In this document: positions 23,990 through 36,900 of the stretch, in pieces
Numbering within the stretch: position 1 is the first letter of the stretch
Layout of the letters: every line of letters begins with the position of its first letter
Source: Cyanophora paradoxa CCMP329
Taxonomy: Eukaryota; Plantae; Glaucophyta
NCBI GenBank assembly: GCA_004431415.1
Contig: QPMI01000493.1
Span: 1-64,000 of the forward strand
Reading direction: 5' to 3'
DNA length: 64,000 bases
The notes under the pieces: generated by a model
What the model was told of the DNA's origin: nothing
Databases searched by the model: none
What the model saw: the letters and a program-made list of their open reading frames with translations, nothing else
Position numbers and translations under genes: made by a program

Positions 23990-25310
23990 CTAGGGCGCGG
24001 CGGCCTCGGCGAGGCGCTCGGCGCCGGCGGCGGCGTCGCGCTCGGCGGCGGCGAGGGCCGACCAGTGCGCGAGGTGCCGCTCCGCGTGCTCCAGGAGGGC
24101 CGCCGCCCCGGGAAGCGCGCGCACCACGCCACGTACAGCGGCACCGCCAGGAACGTCAGGAAGCCCTGCGATCAAATCAGATCAGATCGGATCGGATCGG
24201 ATCGGATCAGACGAATCTGAGCCGACCTCCTGGGCGCGGGCGAGGGACTCGGAGCGGTCGCAGAGGGGCGAGACGGGCAGCCCGAGCCGCCGCTCCTCGT
24301 CTGAGCAACGGGCTCAGACGGGGGGGGGGGGGGGGGGGGGGAAGAGGTTGGGGGGGAGGTACGCGGACCGCCCTGGGCCCCGAACTCCTCGACGATGCGG
24401 CGGGCCCAGCGCTCGTGCGTCGCGAAGGGCCTACCCCGTTCGCGATGTCCGCGACCTGCGCGGGGAAAATTCGAGAGGGGGGGTGGAACCGCTGCGGCGA
24501 TGCTTGAAGGAGTTGCCGCGGGCGCTGCTGCGGCCGCTGCGGCCGTTGGCGACGGAGCGCGCATCGTCGGCGGGCCCTCCGAGTCGGCCCGTCCCCTCCC
24601 CTCGTCGTCCGCCTCCTCCCCTCGTCGCCCTCCCCTCATCCCCTCCGCCTCCACATCCGCCTGCCGGCCGCGCAATCTGAGGCGAGGGGGGGCACGCCGA
24701 GGAAGGGGCGTACCCCGGCGGCCTCGAGGGTCTCCGTCACGAGGAGGGCCTTCCACGCGCTTACCGTCTCCAGGTGCCGCTACCCGCCCGCGGGTCGGGC
24801 CCGGCCGGGGTAGAGGGCGCGAGGGCGGGCGCACGCTCATGTCTGTGGCGAGGACGAGGGCGATGACGGAGCGCCGGAACTCGGCCCGCTGCGCGCCCCC
24901 CGTCAGGCGGGAGGGGGCGGCCCGGCGGGGCGGGGCCGGCCCGGGTACCTGCTCCCTCGTGCAGGAGGCGAGGAAGTCGCAGTCGGGGTCCCGCAGCATC
25001 GCGAAGGTCCGCGTCAGCGCGCTGTGCTCCTGCGGACAAGGCCGGCTCAGGGGGGGGGGGAGGGGAGGGGGGGGGGAGGGGTCGCACGAGGACGGACTGG
25101 TCGTTGTAGATCTAGAGGAGCGCGAGCTCGCTCCCCGTCGCCACCTCGAACCCGTTCGTCCACCCCGTGTGCTGCCCGGGGGGGCTGAGAGGGCTGGAGG
25201 GGGGCGAGATGTCGGGGGGTACGCACGTCGAGGTCGTGGACGGCCGCCGCGACGAGCGCCGCGAGGACGTCCGCCGAGCGAACGTAGGGGCGGAGGCCCC
25301 CGTCGGCCGA
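23990..25310 (-). pseudogene. 3'5'-cyclic nucleotide phosphodiesterase (class I) catalytic-domain fragment, apparently 5'-truncated
   Basis: Spliced motifs [90 protein letters not shown] and GFLTFLAVPLY. The upstream YHN..H motif was not found; frameshifts fall in G runs. Confidence 0.8.
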
Positions 25311-25548
25311 ACTACACGCCGACGTCGGCCCTAGCAGCACAAGGGCTGCACCAACACTACTCACTAAACTACTGTGTTGGTGGCAATTCTAAATGAGGAC
25401 ACGACGAAAATAAGAGTGCGCAGCGTCTGCCAGGCTGCTCGAGCAGAGAGACTGCTGATCCGAAAATTGACTATCGATATCGGACTGCCATTCGAAGGGC
25501 TTAAATTGGAACTCGGAAGAGGCCACCCGGCCGGGCCGGCCCTGTGAC

Positions 25549-25660
25549 CCGGGGCCACCCGGGCCAGATCACGGCCCAGATGTGCCCTTCGAACTTCGAA
25601 GGGTCGTTTTTCGGTTAATTCGGAACTTCGGAATAACATCACTGGCCCGGGTGGCCCCGG
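25549..25660. repeat. Perfect 19-bp inverted repeat with a 74-bp spacer
   Basis: CCGGGGCCACCCGGGCCAG (25549-25567) and CTGGCCCGGGTGGCCCCGG (25642-25660); the spacer contains the hairpin CCCTTCGAAC-TTCGAAGGG. Confidence 0.75.
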
Positions 25661-25730
25661 CGGCCGGCCGGCGCCCCAGGCCCCCAGGGCTGCGGAGCCT
25701 GCGGGGCCGGGCCCGCCGGGGAGTCGGGAC

Positions 25731-26198
25731 TAGGGGTGGGCGTAGTGGGGGTCCGACCCCACTCTCAGTGGCGCCAGTGGGAGGGGGGTACCTGTGATCC
25801 TGAAGCAAAAAAATCGACCTAAACTAAGCGAAAAAGCGCCGAGCTTCCAGGCGCTTCGCGCGGCGAATCGCGCCCTCCCTTCCAGCTGCAGGCGCTTCGC
25901 GCCTTCACCGCGGAAATTAAAGTGCAAGCATGACCCTTCTGTAACTAATGAGCCTTGAAGGGTTTTCGACTCCGCCGATGCGAAAACCGCACCGAAAATG
26001 GAGAAGATCGGCTCGAAAAAGCGGAAATCCGCACATCAACCTTGGATCGGGTCGATCTGACGACAAGAGCCTACCCCACCCCGCGATTTTCCGTCGTTTG
26101 TATGCCACTAGCATGTTGTATGTAGTGGCAAAAAGTGCCACTGAGTCAGTCCAGTGGCGGGGTCCCACTGGCCACTGGCGCCACTGTGCCCAGCCCTA
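25731..26198. mobile_element. Non-autonomous hAT-family element (468 bp) with 8-bp TSD
   Basis: TIRs TAGGGGTGGGCGTAGTGG / TAGGGCTGGGCACAGTGG; exact TSD GTCGGGAC at 25723-25730 and 26199-26206; inverted subterminal CAGTGGCGCCAGTGG; no transposase ORF. Confidence 0.88.
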
Positions 26199-26483
26199 GT
26201 CGGGACTCGGGACCGGGGCCCTAGGGCCTTAACTTGCCATGTGGGCAAAAAACGACTCGCAAAGCACATGTACAAAATTAAAGCACGCGCCGTCGCCGCC
26301 GACTCCGAGGCTCGCCGGCCCTTGCCAAAAATTGCACAAAAGCACGTCCGACGGTCGACGTCGCCGGCCCTTCGGGGCCGGCCCCGGGCCGCGGCGGCGC
26401 CGCCGGCGCGGCCTGCCGGGCAGTGCCGGGCACTGCCGGCGCCGCCGGCCCGCCGCGCCGGGCGCCGCCGCCGCTGCGCAGTA

Positions 26484-26729
26484 CCGTAGACGACTTAATT
26501 ACCGCGCTGACTTAAATACCGCGCTGCCAAATTACCGCGCTCAAAATTTTTATAACGCGGTAATTTGGTAGCGCAGTAATAGTCTTTCGCTTAGATTTGC
26601 TAGCAGTTTTGTATGGGCCGTACCCCAATTTGATGAAAACGCGCTAATTCGGTACCGCGCTAAAGCGCCTACCGGCGCAAAACTTTTAGAACGCGGTAAT
26701 ATGTGGCGCGGTATTTAAGTCGTCTACGG
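26484..26729. mobile_element. Tc1/mariner-superfamily-like MITE (246 bp) with TA TSD
   Basis: TA-CCGTAGACGACTTAATTACCGCG ... CGCGGTATTTAAGTCGTCTACGG-TA (one mismatch); multiple subterminal (A/T)TACCGCG repeats in both orientations. Confidence 0.85.
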
Positions 26730-27966
26730 TACATGCGCAGTGCGCAGTGCCGCGGCCGGCGGCGCCGGCGCCGTCGGACCGACCGTCGGACTCGGACGGC
26801 CCGGGCGGGCCGGGCGGGCCGGGCGGCCGGGCCCCGCCGGCCGGCCCCGCCGCCCCGCCGCGGCCCCGGCCGTCCGCCGGCGCCGGCGTCCCGGCCGCGT
26901 CCGGCGTCCGACGACGGGACCGACGTCTACGTCCAAGCCTTGAAGTCACTGAGCCTTCTCATCGCCGGGGCGATTGCTTGGCCGAGTACCGGGTACGCGC
27001 AGGCAATCGCCGACATGAACCGAGTTCGAGCGGACGCGATGACGGCGATCGCTGTGAAAAAAGGATCTTGCGCGTGCGGAAGTACCCCCTGCGGGAAGCT
27101 TGCGGGGGAGCTCCACGCGCGAGCGAGCGTCGCGCGTAGACCTTCTGAAGCGATCGCGCGCGTCGCGGAGGCCCTCGCAGCGGCCTGGGCCGAGAGCGCC
27201 GGGAGCCCGGGGTACGGCCTCAATGGCAATGAGCACCAGCCAACCTAGGCAAAAGTGCAAGCAGGGGGCCCGCACGGCATTGATACAGCCCTCGCGCATG
27301 TTGAAGACTTGATTTGCGCGCAAGTCCGAGGTCCGCACGCTCCAGCTTCCGATCCCACAGGACCGTTAACGTTGGGGGGTGGGACCGTTGGGGGGATACA
27401 TACTCAGATTGGCATCGGGCACGATGCCGCTCGCAGAGCGCTCGTCTACGCTCCTGCAGCAGCTCTTGAGCCGGCACATCGTCGTCGTCCGCGCCAAGCA
27501 CGCGCAGTTCAGCGCTCAGCCGCCCGCGCAGAGAGGAACGTCGCCGTACGCTCCGGAGCGCGGCCCGGGTCAGCATGTGCTCTTTCTTTCATCTCTTGAG
27601 CAGTCTGGTGCGTCTCGGGCAGCGCCTCGTCCCCTTTGGCTGCGCTCTAAGCCGCGCACCGAGGTCTCTTCGACGAACTGGGCGCAAGGCTCACTGCCTG
27701 GTCGCCGAGTCACCGCAACAACGTCAAGGCCACCGATACGGGTCGTCGGCTTCTTGATCTTCTGCGGAAAGAGCCCTGGAAGCTCGCGGTTTGGCCTACG
27801 TCCGCGTTGCGCACTTCTTTCCAAGGGCTCTGTGCCCGCTTTTCGCTTGCGCAGTTCAACAGCTGGTCACCGGCGACGACGAACGTGCAGAGGGCGGCGG
27901 CTTCGCGGCGGCGGAAGCGGGCGAGCGACCTGGCAGCCGTGCCGGTGGCCACGCAGGCGCAGGCAC

Positions 27967-30900
27967 CGTAGCAAGCCGAAGCGCCGAGGTCCGAAGACGT
28001 TCCAGCGCTGCACGTGGTGCATTCCGTGGCCCCCGCACCGCTGAATGTGCCGCTCGGGCAGCTGTCGCGGAAAGCTGAATCAGAGCGCGGCCGACGAGCC
28101 AGTCACAGTCGAAGGGCAGGAGTTGGCGCGCACAGTTCGGCATCTTCGTCGAGTAAAAGGCCTTCTCGCGGCGAGTAGCGCCCTGGCGAACAAAACCTGA
28201 GTCAGCCAGCACGCAAGGCAACGCAAGGGCCATTTTCGTCTAACTAGAGCACCGGCAGGCAAGTCGACGCAGAGATCGGCGATAGCGACAGAGCGGTTGA
28301 AGAGTGCAGCCTGGGGAAAAATTAGGCGATCTGAGCCAGCCCTATGCCGCGGCCAATCCCTCACCTCCCAGTTCCACCTGGTTCCTGGTTTGCATCGCGA
28401 GTGCAGCTTAATAACGTACGCCGGCTCGGAAACGACGAAAACCACCTGACCACCGAATCAGTCTTTGATAATTTGCGAAAATGTTGTGTGAACACTGATC
28501 ATAGGCCGCACCCAAGGGAGTTCGGAGAAAGGGATGCTTGGGTCGTTCTCGAACATCCGACCGCTGGAGTAGTCGTCGACAACTGTTGCGTACAATACGT
28601 TCGCCTGAATGACACGTCAGTCGCAATCGATCGAGACAGGGAGATGCCGCGAACCGGGAAGTTTGATACGATCGTGTTCACTTTCACAGTCGCATTGCTG
28701 AATGGTCCACTGGCGTCCACGTTCTCAAGGCGGATGAGCCGCGAGCCCGGGGCTCGCTCAGTAGCCCTCTTCATTCGGCGGCTGTGCACGTATTGCGGGC
28801 GCGTCTCGCGGTCCGACGCGAACGTAAAGACACGCGTATTCGCCTGCGTGTGAACCTCCTGCACAACGCTGCAGCGAAAAGATTCTTAGATGTGACGAGT
28901 CGCGAAGCAAGCAACCGGCGAAACACGCACTACAGGTTGCCGTCCTTGTATACAGCAGTAGCCACCTGCAAGGTTGTGTATTTCAGCTCATCTGCTGACA
29001 GCATGCAAAGCTCAGCGACCGGGCGGCACGCATACCGAAGTCCACTCCTGCCTCGTGCCGCGCCAGTCCGCGGTCTTATAAATTCGAATGCTGCCGTCGA
29101 TGTTGGCTGCCGGGCCGGCCATCCCGCTCTGGAAGGCGTTCGCCTTGCGGACGCGAGTGACGCGGTCGCCGGTGACCCAGAAGCTGTACTTCGAATTGGG
29201 CGGGTCGACCCAGCGGCCCTCGAGATACCCGTGGCCGTATCCAGCGTGGAGCGGGCGCTCGTTTTGAACCTGCTCGCAAGGTCAAAGCATGATTCTCCCC
29301 TCGCAAATTCTTAAGCAAATGAGCACAATCCAGTGGTCTGCGAGCGCGAGCTGCTCGGAGCGGAGGACCCGCGGCGCCGTGTGCGTGAAGACGGCCGTGC
29401 GGTACGTGGACGGAGCAGGGAAAGAGGGGTTGAAGCTCCGCACGCCGACGGGTGCATTCACAAAGCGTGACGGGTCGACTTCCCACGTGAACATGGCAAT
29501 CACGTGTGCGACAGCGCGCGCTCTGCAGATGCCCGACACAAGCAAAACGGGGCATGCCCCAGCGACCGATGCGTTGGGGAAGAACGGAATCCTGAGGCGA
29601 GTTGAATACCGAAGGCGGGCAAGGTGGTTGCGCATATCGTCGAGGCGCACCGAACGATGGCGTGGTACAGAATCGGTCCTCCGTCGGCAATGCGCCCGTC
29701 GGCGTGCACAGCCTGCACAGAGGCCCCACAGGGAACGAGTCGGCAAAGAAGGCGCTGTTCTCTTCCGGCCACCTGACGCAGGCGATCAATCGGATGGCGA
29801 CTGAGTGAGAGCGAGCGGATACAAAAGACGCACGGGACGCTCTTATAGACCGACTCGGCGGAGGTGGTGAAGCCGGCGGGCGCGATTGCCGCCAGGTCGA
29901 ACTTGAGCAGAGCGACGCCCAGCGGCAGCGAGCAGACTTTGAGGAGCGGCACGACAGAGGGTCCGCCGCTGTTCCGGAGCGCGGCAAAGGAAGAGAAGAA
30001 AGCAACCCCGCGCTGCCAGAATTGGAATAACTGAAGCAAAAGTCAGCGCAGAACGACACTGAGCATCGTGCAACAAAGCCTCACCCGCAACTCCTGCAAG
30101 AGGAGCGCGTCGAACGGTGTCAAGTCGGGATACGCCCGCCTGATGTCGCTCGCCGTCTCATTGCCCTCGAACGTTCGGCCGGACGGTTCGGCATCGTAGA
30201 AGTCCAGGCAGTTTGTGGCGCCTGCTCTCAGTCATAAGTAGTGTTCAAATGAACAGGAAATGTAAAACCCGGATTCAAAGGGAGCGCACCGTAGAAGAAG
30301 TGGCTTCCGAAGGCCACTGAAGACGAAGTCTCTGCGCCTGGAGTGGCCCACGCGAAGCCAAAGAGCTCGGGCTGGAGGCGGAAGTGGCGAGAGCGGTGCT
30401 CAGTGATGTTCGCATTGCTTCCCGTCGGCTGAGAATTAAACAAATGAGATTTCTCCGAACATGAACGCTTCGAAATCCATTACGCCTTACCGAAATGGAG
30501 AATAGGTTCATATTCCCAAGCATTCCAGCCCAGTTGTACCTGCATCGAATTAAGATGCAACACTTGAGCAGTGATTGAAAAACGCTGAGCACTCTTCCGT
30601 GGGGCTCGCGGAAGCAAGGCCCGAAACCTTCAGAGGGGCTCAGCGAATGTACGGACAGGCTCGATCGACGCGATCAGCCGTATGAAATGCACGCACCGCT
30701 TCGTAGAAAGTTCGCTCGTAGGCGGCGTAGAAATGGCGGAAGTCGTGAGTCCACGCGGCGGCCGCGCTCATGAAGTCGTAGGGTCTGGCGCCCGAGCACA
30801 GGCCCGCCGGCCAGCTCCGAATGGGCCCGTAGGGGGCCGGCGCGCAGCCGCCGAACGCGTAGGCCGCCCACCGTTGTGCAGCATGCGAATAGCAGCCGAA

Positions 30901-33900
30901 GCCAGCGCAGTCGGAGGGAGGGCGCAAGACGGCCGCGACGGTCGAGCCGACGAGATCGCTTGCGTTCTTGTAGGCTTGAGACGTCCAGGGCCAGTTACTC
31001 TGCTAGCGGATAAGCGACTTGACAACCGGTTATAGCTCCTCTGATGAAATTTATGTCGTGCCTGGAATGCCGTGAGGTTTGCAGGGCGAAGCGGGCATCG
31101 CAGTCCTTGGCCGGCCACTGAGATGCAAGATTACGCGAAATTCGAAATTCCTACCAAAGCGATGTCGTTACCGGAGTCATGGACGAATATGCGAAATCGG
31201 TGGGCTCGGCATCGCCCAGCATCTAATTATAAATCAAGGAAAGGGATTAGAGCTACGACAGCACACAGCCTTAGAGACACTTCAAAGTTCGAGGGCACAC
31301 ATCGGCAAGCCGTTGAACGAAAGAGCAGCGGTTGCTGTCGAGATCGAAGTCGCAGTACGAGAATTCCGACGTGGTGCGCGTGATAAATCCGAGGCGGTGA
31401 GATGCGGGCCTCTGGCCAACGAGGTAGTTCGCAAGCGGAGCAGCGAACACGATTCGAACGCTCTCCTGCGGATCGACGGCGTTCCCTGCAAAAGATCTCA
31501 CAAATTGTACTACTGCAGAGGCACTACGTCACACTCTGGCAGCACTGCGTACCAACGCGAGAAAAGGCGTTGCTCGCGCCCGTATTCCCCGAGGGAAGAA
31601 GCGCATTCTGTGCTGCGATGGAGTTGCCCTGAATGTAAATGCAGTCAGGACTTGTTGGAACTTGCACGACTTGAAGAACTGTTGAGCACCGGGGGAACCG
31701 TGGCGTTGACGGCGGCTGACGGGGGGGACACCCCGCCACTGTGGCCTCGCGCTTTCACGGAGCAGGAAACGACGTACGATCCGCCGTACGAGAGCTCCAC
31801 CGAGACGGACACAGCGGCGCCAGCCGCGTCCGCGTCGGTCACAGAAGCTGACCCCGCGTAGCCTCCCGTCGGGGCGCCCGGCGCGTCGCACGCCGCGTCG
31901 AGAGTGGCGATCCCCACGCCAGCCGTGAAGTTTGCCGTTAGAAGAACCGTCATCGGGCCCGTGGAAATCGCCGACAGGACGAGCGGTGCTGGGAGGACGC
32001 TGAGACACGAGATAAGATTTGCATCTCCAACGATTGTGGCCGCAGGAAGCTCGCCGGACGTCGTGAGCACTGTTCGATTAATCTGAGTGGCTGTGAGACT
32101 TTGGGCAACGATCACACGGCCTGAAGTTTTGCGTATTCGCTTTCGAACCGGACAGTCAGAGAAAATGTACTCGGCGATGAGGGGCGCTGGCCCGGCCAGC
32201 GGTGTGCTCGCGCTAGCGTACGCAAGACGGACTTGGCTCGCGGAGAGCTCCGAGCTGTAGACGCGGAAGGCTGCGCAAATGCACGCGTCACGGACACGAG
32301 CTGGAGCTTTCCCTGGTTGGCAAACGCACCGCCAATGGTTGCGTCCACAACATAAGGATCACCCTGCATAATACTAAACACCACAATCGTTGAATTCGCT
32401 GAAGTCGCCTCACCTGGTTTAAAGAACGCCCAATGTACACCATTGGTCGCGGAATCGACTGCAGCTCTCGGACGGATCGCGTCGAAACCAGCAAACCGTT
32501 CTTGTACGCCTTCGCAGTGGACTGCCCGCCACTGGGGGCGCTGTACGTGACGACGAGGTGCGTCCAGCGCTGGAGCTTTACGGCGGATCGGATGCAAAGA
32601 CGTCAGAAACACATTCGAAAGCTCTGAAGTAACGAATCAATCGGACCGGGACAAACGACGTCCCCATAGCGGCACGAAGTCCCTCTTCGTAGACCGAGCT
32701 CTGCTGGCTATTTTGAAGTAGCAAGTATCCGTCTTTGCCTTGGCACCCGCAGCCCGCGTTGGAGCACGGGCAGTTGAAAAACCACTGCAACATTGCAAGA
32801 ATGTTAGCTGAGCGAATAAAGACGCAAAGCGAATTTGAAAGGCTAGAACTTAGGCGGACCACGGTATTGCTCAAGCCGGTCCCGTACTCCACCCAGCGGC
32901 TTGCGAAAGCCGGCATATCGTTTGGATAGATCCAAGACTGGAAGATAATGAGAGGAGGAATACAAAACACAGGAAACGAATGTAAATCACTTCGATGGAG
33001 AGAGGGTACACGAGAGTTCGGCTCGCGAAGAAGTCGCTCATGTCGAGATACCTCTGGGCCGCGGCCCCTCCCGCTGTGCCGAAGCGCAGCCCTGGAGGCC
33101 GCGTGAATGGAAAGCGAACCGCGTTTGACATCGCGGCTGAAGGAACCTAGGCCGGCGGCCGGAGGGGGGCAGGCCATAGCGATATCGCCGACGAACTTGC
33201 CGGAAAGGCCCCGCCCGCTCGAGTCGGGCACGTCCTTGCCGGGCAGGGTGCCTTCGAGCTGTGCGCGTGCGTACGGAAGCAGAAATAAGCCGACATTGCC
33301 CGCACCCCGTGGAGCTCACCCAAAACCAAGCTCACCGTGCTCCCGCAGCTGTCCAGCTTGTAGTGCAGCACGACGGGAGCAGCCGGCTGCCTGCCCATGA
33401 AGGCCTCCATGACTTGCTCGGCCGTCAGCGCCGCCGAGTGGATTCGGAATCCTGCCAGAGATCTAAGATTTGAATGCGTCGAAAGAACACGAGTAGAAAA
33501 GCGCACCAGAGTAGTAAACGTCAGATGGCGACTGCGCTCCCCAATGGCTACGCCCGATGTACTGAAGGGCCCTGAAAGCTTATGGTGAGGGGCGAACGAG
33601 GATATCGAAAGGGTAGGAAAGAAAAGCGCGCGGATGAAAGTATACAAATTCGAGGAGAACAAAAGTTAAAGCGCACCTTTCCATGTTTGCAATCGAGGCT
33701 CCAGCGGCCCCAGCCTGTCCCGTTTTCATATGCGGCAGAAGGCTGCCGTTGCGGTACGTGCGGAATTCCGCGTTCGTGAATACGAAAGTCAGGTGGTGCC
33801 ACTGATTGTCTTTGGGGATGCTGTAGTCGTCTCGGAAAAACACAGTTTCGTAGTACGGGGGATTGGTTGGTTCTGGGTAAAGGTGGATCACTATGGCCAA

Positions 33901-36900
33901 GCCTGTTGCGCCTGCTTTGCTCTGCGAGCAGCGATCGCGACCTTTAGCTATAGAATGAGCGACAGATAGCAACGAGAAACACACATGGCACTGGGATATG
34001 CCTGTAAATCCTCCAGGCACACACCAGCCAATCGCCTGCAACCGCGTCAGGTTTCGACGACACAACTAAAAGTTACAGATTGAAATCTGGCGTACAATGT
34101 TATGGCAACCCGCGCCGCAGCCAAAATCTGATCATGATGGTTGAAATTAGACTACAGCTAGCGTAATATAGGCAATCGCGACGTGAAGCTTAAGATAGCT
34201 AGACAGAAGACAGCACCGATTATACTTTGCCAGTTGCTTATTGGGGCCTGCCTTGGAATTCGGACCCTGCGCAATCGTCTCGGCGATGTGCCAGAGAACA
34301 ACTCGCGATCGGAATCGCACCATAGGTCGAGAGAAAATGGAGTACCCAGCGCGAATTTGGGAGCCTCAATGTATCTGTGCTTCGAAGAGGGGCTGCCTCC
34401 AATTTCGCTCGTCCCGAAGTATGCACCTTCGCGGGATTCAGGGTCCTCCAAGCCATCATCCGCAGCGGTTAAGGGGGCACCGGCGGCGGGCACGGGGCAC
34501 TGCACAGACGGGCCGAGGTCCCCGTACATCGTTCCCGGCCGTCCTTTGCCCGAGTAGTCCACCGCCTGAAACAATCACGTGAGTGACGGCTCGACGATTG
34601 TCAGGGATGTCGCCAGTGGCGCCCGAGCGCACCTGCCACCGCACGTGTCGAATTTATAGTGCAGCTCGAGAGGGGGCCGGTCCCAGGGCACGTTGCCTTG
34701 CGCCACGTCGGCGACCTGGGCCGCCGAGAGCGCCGCGGAGTACACCCGGAAGTCGGCGAGCTCGACGCCGTACGCGTACGGCCCCGAGCCGGCCGGCCAG
34801 CCGGCGCCGACGTAGTGAGTGGTCCGAGTCCGCTTGGGAACCGTGCCCGTCCCGGGCGTGAAGCTCGAAGCCCGTGCGCTAGGGCGGGGGACGCCGTCGA
34901 GGAACGCGTAGTACGCGTCGACAACCAGAACCAGCGCGACGTGGTGCCAGGAGCCGTCCGCTGGGATGCTGTGCTCCGCGAGGAACAGAGGCACGCGCTG
35001 CTTCAGCTGGGTCCCGTCGTACACCGTGAGCAGAAGGGTCTCGTAGCCCGCCCTCCTGTGAGGCTGCGCACGATATCAGTCTACTTGCATGTGCACATGC
35101 AAGTTTGACCATGGATCGCTTTCAATATTAATATGCAGGCAGGCTAGAGGACTAATAGAACAATCATTAAATGGCGTGTTCGGTGGGTAGAAAACAATGC
35201 GCATGCGAGTTCGCACCTCGCAGTCCACATCGGAAGGGACTGCACCCGGGGACCGCAGAAGCTCAGAATCTTCCGCCGCGCACAGTGTCAGACAACAATC
35301 CCAGCAAATTTAAAGCGCGATCGGGCACATACGATGTTGTCCGATCCAACTCCGCTGCCGAAATCAAAGAGGCGCGAGAGAGTATTTGGGTTTGCCTGGC
35401 TCATGTTGATGCGAAGCCTGTGTGCACGCGAAGCCAGTTAATTGGTGTCATTGCTAAGACGTCCATAAAAACAAAACTTAAACGCGTTAACCAGAACGCA
35501 ATCGTCAACGGCGCGCCCAGCTCAATCGAAGGTGTTATCAGGAAGCGCTCGGTTTGTTCGATCGAGCTGCTTGGCAAGACCTTGGTTCCAAAGACCAACG
35601 CTGAGGCACATGTTAGAAGCGCTGACTTTAAAATTTTGAGCAAGCGCGGATAGCAAATGCTCAAGAGCCCACATGTGGAAGGAAGCTCAGGTTTGAACTG
35701 ACCAGTCCGCCAAAGCAAGTCAATTCAGAAACCGAAGAAAACGTACGGTATGAACATTTAAGCACCGGAAGAACCGTGGCGTTGATGGCAGTGGACGGCA
35801 GGGATACCCCTGTGCGGCCCCGTGCTTTCACGGAGCAGGAGACGACGTACGATTCGCCGCGGAGCTCCAGTGAGACAGACACATCGGCACCAGCCGCGTC
35901 CGCGTCAGTCACGGAAGCTGACCCCACGTAGCCTCCCGTCGGGGCGCCCGGCGCGCCGCAAGCCGCGTTGAGTGTATCGATCCCCACGCCAGCCGTGAAG
36001 TTTGCCGTCAGAAGTACCATCATTGGGCCCGTGGAAATCGCCGACAGGACGAGCGGTGCTGGGAAGCTGATGGGCCCAGGTTTGGGTTTAGCATCCGAAC
36101 ACGGCGCGGTTACGTCTGCATCTCCGACGAGCTTGGCTGCAGGGAGCTCGCCGGTCGTGGTGAGCACATTTCGATTTATCTGAGCGGTGGTGAGACTTAG
36201 CGCATTGTTCATATAGCCTCATTCTTTGCAAATTTGGGATCGAACCGGACAGTCGGAGAACATGTACTCGACGATGAGGGGCGCCGGTCCAGCCAGCGGG
36301 GCGCTCGCGCTAGCGTACGCGAGACGGACTTGGCTTGCGGAGAGCTCCGAGCTGTACACGCGGAAAGCTGCGCAAATGTACTTGTCATGGGTGAAAGGGA
36401 AGTCTGCATATTAAAGTTTTGATTGCAGTAATCACCACCGATCGTAGAGTCTACAACAAATGGATCATTCTGTGTAAAAACGGATTTTGTCAGTTCATTC
36501 AAAATGAAACACGCTGCAAACGGGGTTACGGATGGCCTTTGAGGGCCTACCGGAAATACAGAGCGCCCGATGTAGGCTATTGATCCCTGCATCGAATTCA
36601 AAGCCACTGCGGAGCCCGTAGCGACGAGTAAGCCGTTCTTGTACGCTCGTGCAGTGGAACGCCCGCCGCTCGGTGCGCTGTACGTGACAACGAGGTGTGT
36701 CCAGCGTCGGAGCTGCCCGACCACACATCGTCAAAGGAGCACATTGTAGGTGTATGAGAATCCAGTGGAAGAGGAAATTTTCTCACCGGGATGTATGAAG
36801 TTCCAGTAGCGGCGGAAAAACTCTGTTCGAAGGCAGAATTCTGCATGGTATTGTGTTTCAGGGCATATCCGTCTCGGCCTGGACATCCGCAGTCGTAGTA

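Noticed and set aside
24395-25396. 333-aa plus-strand ORF
   Set aside because: Antisense shadow of the spliced PDE fragment in very GC-rich sequence.
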